From contig CAVSHR010000002.1 of the NCBI GenBank assembly GCA_963727625.1, forward strand, positions 448,001 through 512,000: 64,000 bases of DNA, in the 5' to 3' direction. Below, in pieces: positions 39,367 through 48,944 of the stretch. The stretch is from an uncultured delta proteobacterium. Lineage in GTDB: Bacteria > Desulfobacterota > Binatia > UBA9968. Position 1 is the stretch's first letter. The number at the start of each line of letters is the position of its first letter. A program made the position numbers and the translations under genes. Below the pieces are notes generated by a model. It saw nothing but the letters and a program-made list of their open reading frames with translations. It did not search any database and was not told the origin of the DNA.

Positions 39367-41661
39367 TTGGGTTTGAAGCAGTCCAAACTCCGAATTTTTA
39401 GTATCATCCTGTTTGCGCTCCTCGTCATTACCTCCAGCGGCCTGGTCTTTGGCGCATGGTATTTAAAACAGCTCGAGGATACCGTCACCGAGAAGTTTGA
39501 AGGCCGGAAGTGGTTTTTCCCTTCTAAGATATACTCCGACAGTTACCTGCTCTACGTTGGCATCAATCTGCGGCTCGAAGATTTGGCCGAGAAGCTGCGC
39601 CGGCTGGGCTATTTCGAAAGCGCCGGTGCGCCTGACGCCAAAGGCGAGTATCGAATCCAAAAAGCGCGGGGGATCGCCGAGGTTTATCTGCACGACTTCG
39701 ATTATCCTACCGAGCACCGCAAGGGCGTACCGGTGCGCATCTCGCTGCATGGCACGACGGTGACGCGCATCGAAAATCTCGCTTCCGGCAAAGAGATCTT
39801 CGACCTTGAACTCGAGCCCGAACTCGTGACCGGTCTTTACGAGCGGATTTGGAAAGAACGCAGGGTCATCAAGCTGGCGGAAGTGCCGCCAATCCTGGTT
39901 AACGCGATCTTGGCAACGGAGGACGAGCGTTTCTTCAGCCACCATGGCATCGACCCGATCGGCATCTTGCGGGCGATGTGGGTCAACCTTCACAGCATGA
40001 GCTTTCAGCAGGGTGGCAGCACGCTGACCCAGCAGCTGGTAAAAAACTTCTTTCTCACCGACGAACGAACTCTCAGCCGCAAGATTCACGAAGCAATGAT
40101 GGCGTTGATCGCCGAGCGCAAGTATTCCAAGCAGACCATTCTGGAGAATTACCTCAATGAAATTTATCTGGGGCAAAGAGGATCTCAGGGGATTTTCGGG
40201 GTATGGGAAGCCGCGCGGTTCTATTTCTCAAAGCCGCTAAGCGACCTGACGGTGGGCGAGGCAGCGCTTTTGGCGGGATTGATTCGCGCGCCGAACCGCT
40301 TGTCGCCGTATCGCAGCGTTGAGGCGGCGACCAAACGTCGCAATGTCGTGTTAGCCAAGATGCTCGACGACCGTATCATCACGCGTAAGCAGTACGAAAC
40401 GTCGCTCGCAGAAAAGCTGCCGCAGCGGGCGCTTGTCAAAGTGACCAACGATGCGCCGTACTATGTCGATTACTTGAGGCGCGAGCTCGATGAAAACTAT
40501 TCCAACGCGGTTTTGACCAAAGACGGACTGCGGATTTTCAGCAGTTTGGATCTGCAGCTGCAACGCAAGGCGGAGCGTGCCCTGGTCGAGGGGCTTAAGA
40601 AACTTGAAGCAACGCATCCGGCTTTGCGGCGCAAGGGCGATGATGACAGCCTGGAAGGTGCGATCATCGTGATCCGGCCACAAACGGGCGAGATCAAAGC
40701 GATGGTAGGCGGCAGGAATTATCAGAAATCGCAGTTCAATCGGGTGTTTCAAGCCCGGCGCCAACCGGGGTCGGTATTCAAACCGTTCGTCTATCTGGCG
40801 GCGCTGATGTTCGGCGGTCAGAGCGGCACGCTGTACACACCGGATACCGTCATCAACGATAGCCAGTTTACCTGGAGCTATGACGGTCAGGAGTGGCAGC
40901 CAAGCAACTATAACAACGAATACTTCGGCGCGGTGACGTTGCGGCGCGCGCTGGAAAGCTCGCTCAATTCCGCGACGGGCCGGGTGGCACAAGATGTCGG
41001 CATCCGGCGCGTGCGCGAGGTCGCCCATCGCCTGGGCATCCAGAGCCCGCTGCCGGCGGTGCCTTCGCTGGCCCTGGGTTCCGCCGAGGTCACGCCATTG
41101 GAAGTCGCAGTGGCATATTCGACCCTCGCCAATGGCGGCGTGCGCACCCGCCCGCTGGCGGTCAAGCTGGTTCTGGACCAGAGTGGCAAGCCCTTGGAAA
41201 AACGCGACGTGCGCGTCGAGCAAGTGATTAATCCGCAGCTCGCCTATATGATGAACTCCCTTTTGCAAGGCGTTCTCGACCGCGGTACCGCGGCGTCGGC
41301 GCGACGCTTGGGTTTTAATCGCCCGGCTGCGGGAAAAACCGGTACGACCAACGATTACAAGGACGCCTGGTTTGTCGGTTACACGCCGGATCTTCTTGCG
41401 GTGGTTTGGGTCGGGTTTGACGGTCAAAGCAAACTGAACCTGTCGGGTGCCGCAGCAGCGCTGCCGATTTGGACGGAGTTTATGAAAAGCGCGACGGCAA
41501 GCATGCCGGTCACCGACTTCATCAGTCCCGACCCGCTGCCGGAGAGCGAGGAAGGCGCGGCGGGCAAGTGCGCTCCCATGGGCCGTGAAGGCGAGCTGGG
41601 CACGGTGCCCTGTCCGCCCACGGTGACAACCGAGCCGCGCCGGATCCGTGACGCGTTGTGA
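39367..41661 (+). CDS. mrcB: Penicillin-binding protein 1B (class A PBP with UB2H domain)
   Basis: TM and UB2H (L..LGY...GEY), EDERF..H.G.D, QGGSTLTQQLVKN, SVFK, SLN, KTGT. Confidence 0.9.
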   Translation: MGLKQSKLRIFSIILFALLVITSSGLVFGAWYLKQLEDTVTEKFEGRKWFFPSKIYSDSYLLYVGINLRLEDLAEKLRRLGYFESAGAPDAKGEYRIQKARGIAEVYLHDFDYPTEHRKGVPVRISLHGTTVTRIENLASGKEIFDLELEPELVTGLYERIWKERRVIKLAEVPPILVNAILATEDERFFSHHGIDPIGILRAMWVNLHSMSFQQGGSTLTQQLVKNFFLTDERTLSRKIHEAMMALIAERKYSKQTILENYLNEIYLGQRGSQGIFGVWEAARFYFSKPLSDLTVGEAALLAGLIRAPNRLSPYRSVEAATKRRNVVLAKMLDDRIITRKQYETSLAEKLPQRALVKVTNDAPYYVDYLRRELDENYSNAVLTKDGLRIFSSLDLQLQRKAERALVEGLKKLEATHPALRRKGDDDSLEGAIIVIRPQTGEIKAMVGGRNYQKSQFNRVFQARRQPGSVFKPFVYLAALMFGGQSGTLYTPDTVINDSQFTWSYDGQEWQPSNYNNEYFGAVTLRRALESSLNSATGRVAQDVGIRRVREVAHRLGIQSPLPAVPSLALGSAEVTPLEVAVAYSTLANGGVRTRPLAVKLVLDQSGKPLEKRDVRVEQVINPQLAYMMNSLLQGVLDRGTAASARRLGFNRPAAGKTGTTNDYKDAWFVGYTPDLLAVVWVGFDGQSKLNLSGAAAALPIWTEFMKSATASMPVTDFISPDPLPESEEGAAGKCAPMGREGELGTVPCPPTVTTEPRRIRDAL

Positions 41662-41662
41662 T

Positions 41663-42457
41663 ATGGCGATGAACGGGCTACCTTTTCACACTTATTTTCT
41701 TTCCGCCTCGGTTGCTTTAGCGCTGGCGCTGGGCGGGTGCGCGCCGCGGCGGCCCTATCGCCCAGCCTATCCGCGCAACGAAGTTCTGTCCCCGCCCCGG
41801 GTGTCTCCGCCGGCTCCGGTTTCTCCGCCGATACCGCAAGGGAGCGACAGGCGGCCGCTGCCCCGGGTTCCAAGAATCAGCGAGCAAGATCTCAAGTCCA
41901 AAGCGCCGCCGGCTTACCCGATGGAAAAGGGGTCGAAGGAGACGGCGCGCCAAGGGGAGCTAGGCCAATATCCGCCGGCGCCGGAACCGATCCCGTCGGA
42001 GCCAACCCCGGCGGCTTTGCCGGACGACAGTTCGTTGCTCGCTAAAATCACGCCGGGAGTGACGCCGCAAAGAGCCGCTTCTTTGCGCCTTACCGATGAA
42101 GCCAGCAAGCTGCTTGACGCCGGCGAACCGGCCAAAGCCGTGACCCGCTTGGAACGCACCATCGTGATCGATTCGACCAATCCGTATGGTTATTATTATT
42201 TGGCTAAGGCTCAGTTTCGTCTCGGCCATTACCGAGAGTCGCTCAACTTCCTCGGCGTCGCCGAGTCTCGATTGAGCGGCGAGCCCTTCTGGCTTGCTGA
42301 AGTACAGGCCCTGCGCGGCGAGATTTATCGCGCCCTCGGGCAGCTGCAGCGGGCCGAGGAAAGTTATTTGCTGGCCTTGAAGTTGAATTCCGGCAATCGC
42401 ACTGCCACCGACGGTTTAGCGCGCCTCCAAGCTGAATCCCCATCAGCTTCCAGGTAA
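41663..42457 (+). CDS. TPR lipoprotein with a Pro-rich linker (LpoP-like)
   Basis: Lipobox LGGC, Pro-rich region, TPR helices (A..RLER...ID..NP.GYYYLA); directly after mrcB. Confidence 0.75.
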   Translation: MAMNGLPFHTYFLSASVALALALGGCAPRRPYRPAYPRNEVLSPPRVSPPAPVSPPIPQGSDRRPLPRVPRISEQDLKSKAPPAYPMEKGSKETARQGELGQYPPAPEPIPSEPTPAALPDDSSLLAKITPGVTPQRAASLRLTDEASKLLDAGEPAKAVTRLERTIVIDSTNPYGYYYLAKAQFRLGHYRESLNFLGVAESRLSGEPFWLAEVQALRGEIYRALGQLQRAEESYLLALKLNSGNRTATDGLARLQAESPSASR

Positions 42458-42468
42458 AGTATTTTCCC

Positions 42469-43467
42469 ATGTTAGTTCTCGGCGTCGAAACTTCCTGCGA
42501 CGACACCGCCGCCGCGGTGCTCCAAGACGGACGAACAATTCTCGCCAACCTGGTCTCCTCGCAGGACCAAGTGCACGGGCCCTATGGCGGGGTGGTGCCG
42601 GAGCTTGCCTCGCGCCAACATATCCGAAACGTCATTCCGATCGTCGACGGCGCTCTCAAAGAGGCCGGCGTTTCGCTCATGGATCTTCACGGCATTGCGG
42701 TCACCTGCGGGCCCGGCTTGGTCGGCTCTTTACTGGTCGGCCTTTCGTTGGTCAAGGGCATGTCGTTTCGCTCGGGCATTCCCTATGTCGGCGTGAATCA
42801 CCTCGAGGCACATCTCTTGGCGATTCATCTCGAACATGAAGTAGCGTTTCCGTACATCGCCTTGTTGGCTTCCGGCGGGCACACTTTGCTTTATTGCGTC
42901 AGGGGCGTCGGCGATTACGTTCACTTGGGCGGCACGCGCGACGATGCGGCGGGCGAGGCCTTCGACAAGGTGGCCAAAATGATGGGGCTCGGTTATCCCG
43001 GCGGGCGGATCATCGATCAGCTGGCGCAGAGCGGCGACGCCAAGGCGATTCGCTTCCCGCGCGCCAAACTGAGGAGCGACGCCTATGAGTTCAGCTTCAG
43101 CGGTATCAAGACCGCCGTCTGGCTCTTTCTCAAGTCGCGCCCGGAGGCGGAACTGAAAGCGCAACCGGCGGACGTCGCGGCGAGCTTTCAGGAAGCGGTC
43201 ACTGACATGCTCGTGCGCCCGACGATCAAAGCGGCGACCGCAAACGGAATCCGGCGCATCGTGCTCTCGGGCGGGGTCGCTGCCAACAGCCGGTTGCGCG
43301 CCAAGATGAAAGAGGAAGCCGATGCGGCGGGGATGGAAGTGTTTTTTCCTGCGCCGAAATTTTGCACGGACAATGGCGCGATGATCGCTCTGACCGGCTA
43401 TCATTGGCTCACGCGCGGCCGGCGCGACGATTTTCGGCTCAACGCCGACGCCGATCTGACCCTCTAA
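42469..43467 (+). CDS. tsaD: tRNA t6A threonylcarbamoyltransferase
   Basis: LGVETSCDDT, GGVVPELASR.H, NHLEAH, DDAAGEAFDK, GGVAAN, CTDNGAMIA. Confidence 0.97.
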   Translation: MLVLGVETSCDDTAAAVLQDGRTILANLVSSQDQVHGPYGGVVPELASRQHIRNVIPIVDGALKEAGVSLMDLHGIAVTCGPGLVGSLLVGLSLVKGMSFRSGIPYVGVNHLEAHLLAIHLEHEVAFPYIALLASGGHTLLYCVRGVGDYVHLGGTRDDAAGEAFDKVAKMMGLGYPGGRIIDQLAQSGDAKAIRFPRAKLRSDAYEFSFSGIKTAVWLFLKSRPEAELKAQPADVAASFQEAVTDMLVRPTIKAATANGIRRIVLSGGVAANSRLRAKMKEEADAAGMEVFFPAPKFCTDNGAMIALTGYHWLTRGRRDDFRLNADADLTL

Positions 43468-43508
43468 AAAATTTCAAATGTTCAAGGTTCAAGAATTCAA
43501 GGGATCGC

Positions 43509-44369
43509 ATGACCCTGTATGAAGAAGTTCGCGCCGCGTTGCGCGAATCGCCGTTCCGTCCGAAAAAGAGCCTAGGGCAAAATTTTTTGATTCACGAACG
43601 GGTGATCGATGCGATTCTCTGTTTGCTCGATTTTGCGCCGGACGACGAAGTGGTCGAAATCGGTCCGGGACTGGGATTTTTAACTCGGCGCTTGCTTGAA
43701 GCGGCGGCCAAGGTGTGGGCCGTGGAGGTCGATGCCGTGCTGGTCGAGCGTTTGCGCCAAAGTGGCCTGGCCGCCGACCCGAAGCTTGAGTTGATCCACG
43801 GCGATATCTTGGCGGTGCCTTTGACGGCTGTTTTGCCGCAGCGCAAAATCAAACTCGCCGGCAATTTGCCCTACAGCATCTCGACTGCGGTGCTGTTCAA
43901 GATCTTCGAGTGGCGCGAGCACTTTTCCTCTCTGGTCTTGATGGTGCAAAAGGAAGTCGCGGACCGCATCGCCAGCGCGCCGGGCAGCAAAGACTACGGT
44001 ACGCTGTCGGTTTGGTGCCAAGTGCATGGGCGCATCACCGACAAGGTCTCGGTTTCGCCGGAGGCCTTCTTTCCGCGCCCCAAGGTCCGCTCGACGGTGT
44101 TGAAAATTGAGCTGTTCGCCGAACCGCGCGTCGCTTCCGATGAACTAGCCCCGTTACGCGGCATCGTGCGCGCCGCCTTTGGCCAGCGGCGCAAAACCTT
44201 GGCCAACGCACTGGCGGCTTTTTCGAAGCGCGGGCGCGAGGAGGTTGAAAAATTTTTACGCGCCCAGGAGATCGATCCCACTCGGCGCGGCGAAACGCTT
44301 GGGGTGGACGAATTCATCAAACTTGCCCGCGCCGCGCGGGACCAGTCCTGGCCGGCCGTCGCTGACTGA
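43509..44369 (+). CDS. rsmA: 16S rRNA m6,2A dimethyltransferase (KsgA)
   Basis: KSLGQNFL, EIGPGLG.LT, NLPYSIS, MVQKEVA.R, F.P.PKV.S, F.QRRKTL.N. Confidence 0.96.
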   Translation: MTLYEEVRAALRESPFRPKKSLGQNFLIHERVIDAILCLLDFAPDDEVVEIGPGLGFLTRRLLEAAAKVWAVEVDAVLVERLRQSGLAADPKLELIHGDILAVPLTAVLPQRKIKLAGNLPYSISTAVLFKIFEWREHFSSLVLMVQKEVADRIASAPGSKDYGTLSVWCQVHGRITDKVSVSPEAFFPRPKVRSTVLKIELFAEPRVASDELAPLRGIVRAAFGQRRKTLANALAAFSKRGREEVEKFLRAQEIDPTRRGETLGVDEFIKLARAARDQSWPAVAD

Positions 44370-44380
44370 GCTGCAACTTT

Positions 44381-45202
44381 ATGCCCGAGCTACCCGAAGT
44401 CGAAACGGTTTGCCGCAGCCTGCGGCCGCATCTTTTGGGCCGAACCATCCGGCGCGTCCGAGTCGTGGAGCCGCGCTTGCGCGTGACGGTGGACGAAAAG
44501 CAATTGGCCGCGCTGGCGGGAAAGCGCGTCGATTCGATCACCCGCCTTGCCAAATATATTTTATTCAATCTCTCGGGAGATACAGTCTGGGTATTCCATC
44601 TCGGTATGTCGGGTAAGTTGATCTGCGTCGAGCCCCACACGGCGCGGCGCAAGCATGATCACATCCTCGTCGATCTCGATGACGGCGCCGAGTTGCGCTA
44701 CCACGACCCGCGCCGTTTCGGCCTGTCGCTGGTGACGCAAAGAAACGATTTGCCCGCGCTGCCGCAGTTTTGTCACGTGGGCTTGGATCCTTTCGACGCC
44801 GCGCTCACCGGCGAATACTTGTATCGCTTCACCCGCACCTCGGAGCGGCGCATTCGCGATCTGTTGCTCGACCAGCAGATTGTCGCCGGGCTGGGCAATA
44901 TTTACGCCAACGAGATTCTGGCGATGACCGGGATCAAGCCCACCGTGCGTGCCCATCGCCTGACGCGCAAGCAGGTGGACGCGATCGCGCGGACGGTTCC
45001 GGCGTTGCTCCGGGACGCGATTCGCTGGTGCGGCACGTCGTTCTCCGACTACCGTGACGCCGACGACAAAACGGGAGAGTTTCAAAATCATCTGCGGGTC
45101 TACGATCGCGACGGCGAGCGGTGCCGGGTCTGCCCGAGCAAAGTGAAGCGCGTGGCGATCGGCAACCGCAGCGCGTTTTACTGCCCGACGTGTCAGAAGT
45201 AG
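44381..45202 (+). CDS. mutM: Formamidopyrimidine-DNA glycosylase
   Basis: MPELPEVET, HLGMSG, DPRRFG, GLGNIYA.E, C-terminal zinc finger. Confidence 0.97.
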   Translation: MPELPEVETVCRSLRPHLLGRTIRRVRVVEPRLRVTVDEKQLAALAGKRVDSITRLAKYILFNLSGDTVWVFHLGMSGKLICVEPHTARRKHDHILVDLDDGAELRYHDPRRFGLSLVTQRNDLPALPQFCHVGLDPFDAALTGEYLYRFTRTSERRIRDLLLDQQIVAGLGNIYANEILAMTGIKPTVRAHRLTRKQVDAIARTVPALLRDAIRWCGTSFSDYRDADDKTGEFQNHLRVYDRDGERCRVCPSKVKRVAIGNRSAFYCPTCQK

Positions 45203-45272
45203 GATGCCGGGTTCCAATTGTTCCAAGCGAATCTAAGAACAATATCGCGATGCTATTGCAAGCTCTCACGCC

Positions 45273-46502
45273 ATGAACCGAAATCGACTGCTTTCGCCGC
45301 TGCGCCATCGCGACTTTCGATTGTTCTGGCTCGGCCTGTTGCTCTCCAGCGTGGGCAGCCAGTTTACTCAGGTGGCGATGGCGTGGCAGATCTACGAGCT
45401 GACCAATTCGCCGCTGCAGATAGGCCTGCTCGGCCTGGTGCGTGCCGTGCCGCAGATGATCATTCTCTTGTTCGGCGGGCTTCTCGCCGACACGATGAAC
45501 CGGCGCAAGCTGATGATGGCGACCCAGGGCAGCTTGTTTTTCGTCTCAGGGTCTTTGGCGCTGCTCACTTCATCGGGTCGGGTGACCCCGCTCACGCTTT
45601 ACGGCGTGACCGTATTTCTCGCGCTGTTTAGCTCGTTGGAATCGCCGTCGCGCCAAGCCATCGTCACGAACCTGGTGCCCGCCGAGGATTTAGCGCGCGC
45701 GCTGGCGATTTCGAGCACGCAGCGGCAAATCGCAACCATCGCCGGCCCGTCGGTCGCCGGGTTGGTCCTGGCGTTCGCCGGCCCCAGCGTTTGTTACGCC
45801 GTCGACGCGATTTCCTGGCTCATCATGCTCGGCGCGCTGGCATGCATTCGCACCCAGTTGCCCGAGCGCGGCGGCTGGCGCACGATCAAGCTCGACTCGC
45901 TGCGCGCCGGTTTTCATTTCGTCTGGGGCCACACAGTGATCTTGCCGTTTTTGATGATGGACTTCGGCGCCAATATCTTCGGCACGGTGCGCTCGCTGTA
46001 TCCGATTTACGCGCGCGATATCCTAGCCGTCGGGCCGCAGGGCTTGGGCGTGTTATACGCGGCCAGCGCGGTGGGCGCTTTGCTTGGCGCAGTGGGATTT
46101 AGCTTGTGGGGACCGCTACGGCGGGCGGGGCGCTGGATACTTTTCGGCGTGACGATCTACGGAACCTGTCTGCTGCTTTTCGCCAACTCGCATATTTTCT
46201 GGCTGTCGATTTTATTACTGATCGGTTCCGGCATCGGCGATACCATCAGCGCGATCCTGCGCTCGACCATCAATCAGCTCAGCACGCCCGACGATCTGCG
46301 CGGCCGCATGGCGTCGATCAACAGCATTTTCACCAACAGCGGGCCGCAGCTCGGCCAGTTCCAGGCCGGCGCCCTGGCCGCTGCGATCGGCACCGAGTTC
46401 GCCGCCACCGCCGGGGCGCTGGTGATTCTGTTTATCGTCGGATTACTAATTTTGCGCTTTCCGCATGTGCGGGAGTATCGGATCGTGCAGTCGAATCCTT
46501 AG
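45273..46502 (+). CDS. MFS transporter (DHA3/EntS-like)
   Basis: LRHRDFRL.W, GG.LAD..NRR.L, PD.LRGR; about 12 TM helices. Confidence 0.9.
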   Translation: MNRNRLLSPLRHRDFRLFWLGLLLSSVGSQFTQVAMAWQIYELTNSPLQIGLLGLVRAVPQMIILLFGGLLADTMNRRKLMMATQGSLFFVSGSLALLTSSGRVTPLTLYGVTVFLALFSSLESPSRQAIVTNLVPAEDLARALAISSTQRQIATIAGPSVAGLVLAFAGPSVCYAVDAISWLIMLGALACIRTQLPERGGWRTIKLDSLRAGFHFVWGHTVILPFLMMDFGANIFGTVRSLYPIYARDILAVGPQGLGVLYAASAVGALLGAVGFSLWGPLRRAGRWILFGVTIYGTCLLLFANSHIFWLSILLLIGSGIGDTISAILRSTINQLSTPDDLRGRMASINSIFTNSGPQLGQFQAGALAAAIGTEFAATAGALVILFIVGLLILRFPHVREYRIVQSNP

Positions 46503-46572
46503 CACTCAAAGCCAATCAAACGGCTTTGAGTGACCGCGCAGCGGACGAGTGGCTCTAATCGCGCCACAAACG

Positions 46573-47502
46573 TTAGCTTGCAGCGCCGTTCCCCTGCTGT
46601 TTGATCACGTTCATCGCCAGGGCAATCATCGAGCCCACGTCGCTCAGCGTCGCTGGCAAGATCAGCGTGTTGCCTTTTTGCGCCAGCTTGCCGAATTCCA
46701 CGAGATAATTTTCCGCAACGCGCAGTTGGACCGCCTCGAAACCGCCGGGCTGCTGGATCGCCTCCGCCACTTTGCGGATTCCGTTGGCGGTCGCCTCGGC
46801 GATGGCGAGGATCGCCGCCGCTTGGCCCTCGGCTTCGTTGATTTGCTGCTGTTTCTTGCCTTTCGACGCTTTGATCGCCTGTTGCTTTTCGCCCTCCGCG
46901 CTGTTGATCGCGGCATCGCGCTAGCCTTCCGAGGTCAGGATCAGCGCGCGCTTCTCTCGTTCGGCGCGCATCTGCTTCTCCATGGCGGCGAGAATGTCCT
47001 GCGGCGGAGTGATGTTTTTGATTTCGTAGCGCATCACTTTGATGCCCCAGGGTTCCGAAGCCTTATCCAGTTCGGTCACCACCTGGGTGTTGATGTTGGT
47101 GCGCTCCTCGAAGGTCTGGTCGAGCTCGATCTTGCCGAGCTCGCTGCGCAAAGTCGTTTGCGCCAACTGGGTAATTCCAAATATATAATCGCCGATGCCG
47201 TAGGAGGCGCGCTCCGGATTCATGACCTTCAAGTAAAGCACGCCGTCAACCGCCACCTGAACGTTGTCGCGGGTAATGCAAACCTGCGGCGGAATATCGA
47301 TCGCTTGTTCCTTCAGTAAATGTTTGTAGCGCACGACGTGGGGAAACGGCACCAGGATGTGAAAATCGGCGCTCAGCGTGCCGCTGAATTTGCCCAGACG
47401 CTCAACCACATAAGCACTCTGCTGCGGCACGACCACCGCGGTCTTGGCGACCACGATGATGACGAGCAAGGCGAGCGCGGTGACGACGATGAATCCACCC
47501 AT
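46573..47502 (-). pseudogene. SPFH/stomatin-like protein (QmcA-like) with an in-frame TAG at 46921-46923
   Basis: VVERLGK, IT.DNV.V.VDG, QLAQTTLRS.LG, MEKQMRAEREKRA.ILTSEG*RDAAINSAEG.KQ; same frame continues to the TAA at 46573. Confidence 0.88.
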
Positions 47503-47515
47503 GATTTTCTCCGTT

Positions 47516-47951
47516 TCAGTTTTGCTCGGCGCGAACAAAGATCGTGAGCCCATCGACCCGGTCGACTTTACAGCGCTCGCCGCGCGCCAGCGGCTTGTCG
47601 CCGACGTTGCGGGCGTTCCAGCAAGTGCCATGCAGCTCGGCCTTGCCCACGGTGTTGACGTCGATCTCGTCAACGGCCACGGCGGTTTCACCGATCAAGC
47701 TGTCCACATCCCGGCGCGGTCCGCTTTGGGTCAAGCGCAGCAGTTTCTCACGAAAAAGCCAGAGGGACAGCACCGAGAGCACAGGGAACAGGACAATTTG
47801 GAACCACAGCGGGCCGGCGATGTCGAAGGCCGAAAGAATGCCCACGATTACGGCGCCGGCGCCGAAGAAAAGGATATAGAAACCACCCGCCGCAACCACT
47901 TCGGCCAAAAGCAAAACCAGGCCTAAAAAAAATCCAAGTCCACCATTCCAT
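47516..47951 (-). pseudogene. NfeD-family protein frameshifted in a T8 run (47925-47932)
   Basis: Removing one T joins MEWWTWIF to LGLVLLLAEVV...LIG.TA...G...L.G..W.AR...V..VDGL. Confidence 0.82.
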
Positions 47952-48041
47952 TGTTTTTACCCCGTGAGCGTCGCTGAAGGTAACCGAGGGGGGAGTAGTT
48001 TTTCAACCCTGCGACTAGGACGTGCGAGGACTGCCGGCGTT

Positions 48042-48788
48042 TCAGCGCGACGACAAGGCGATAAATTTTTTTTCGACACCGAACAGATTGATGAATTCAC
48101 CGAAAACCCGCTGGCTCAGCTGGTTGAGCCGGGCCATGTATTCAGGGGTTTCCCGGTGAATGCGATCAAGGTAGGCGGCGCCGTGCAGGGCGGAGATCTC
48201 TTTGCGGTTCTCCGTGACTCTAAGCCAGCGATGGATCATCGGCTCGTCCACTTCCAAGTGGAACTGAAAACCGTAGACTATTTTGCCGTAGCGAAATGCT
48301 TGATTGGCGCAGAGTGGCGAGATAGCCAGATGGCGAGCGTGGCTCGGGATGTCGAAGGTCTCGCCGTGCCACTGAAAAATTTTTTCCGAGGCTTGTAACT
48401 CCATCAGCAAAGGGTCGCAACCCGCTTCCTCGGTAGGGGCAACATCGTACCAGCCGATCTCTTTTTCGCGGTTGGGGTAAACCGCCGCGCCCAGTGTCTT
48501 GGCGATCAGTTGCGCGCCCAGGCAAATGCCCAGCACGGGAAGGTCCCGCCGCATCGCCTCTTCGATCAACTTCATTTCGACGGTTAAGTGGGGCCGACGG
48601 CCGGAATCATTGGCGCTCATAGGCCCGCCCAGAATCACCAGGCCGTCGTAACCGTCGAGACTCGGTTGGGCGTCCGGATGGCGCGCGAAGTTCACGTAGC
48701 GGATGCGAAAGCCGGACCGCTTGAGCAGGGGATTCAGAGTTCCCAGGAGCTCATGGGCAACATGCTGGAGGACGAGGAGTTTTTTCAT
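48042..48788 (-). CDS. Type 1 glutamine amidotransferase
   Basis: LGGPMS, LGICLGAQL, FQWHGETF, QFHLE. Confidence 0.9.
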   Translation of the reverse strand: MKKLLVLQHVAHELLGTLNPLLKRSGFRIRYVNFARHPDAQPSLDGYDGLVILGGPMSANDSGRRPHLTVEMKLIEEAMRRDLPVLGICLGAQLIAKTLGAAVYPNREKEIGWYDVAPTEEAGCDPLLMELQASEKIFQWHGETFDIPSHARHLAISPLCANQAFRYGKIVYGFQFHLEVDEPMIHRWLRVTENRKEISALHGAAYLDRIHRETPEYMARLNQLSQRVFGEFINLFGVEKKFIALSSR

Positions 48789-48944
48789 CGAGGTTAAATT
48801 TGTAATTGAGACGAAATCATTATAGCGCGCGATCGCGCGTTATTAAAATAGCGACTCGCCGGCCCGGGTCGACGAAACTAGACCCCGTTACCGAAGCGGT
48901 ATCTGGCGCTAAGCGTCAGCGCTTGATAAGCGTTTATTAGAGCC

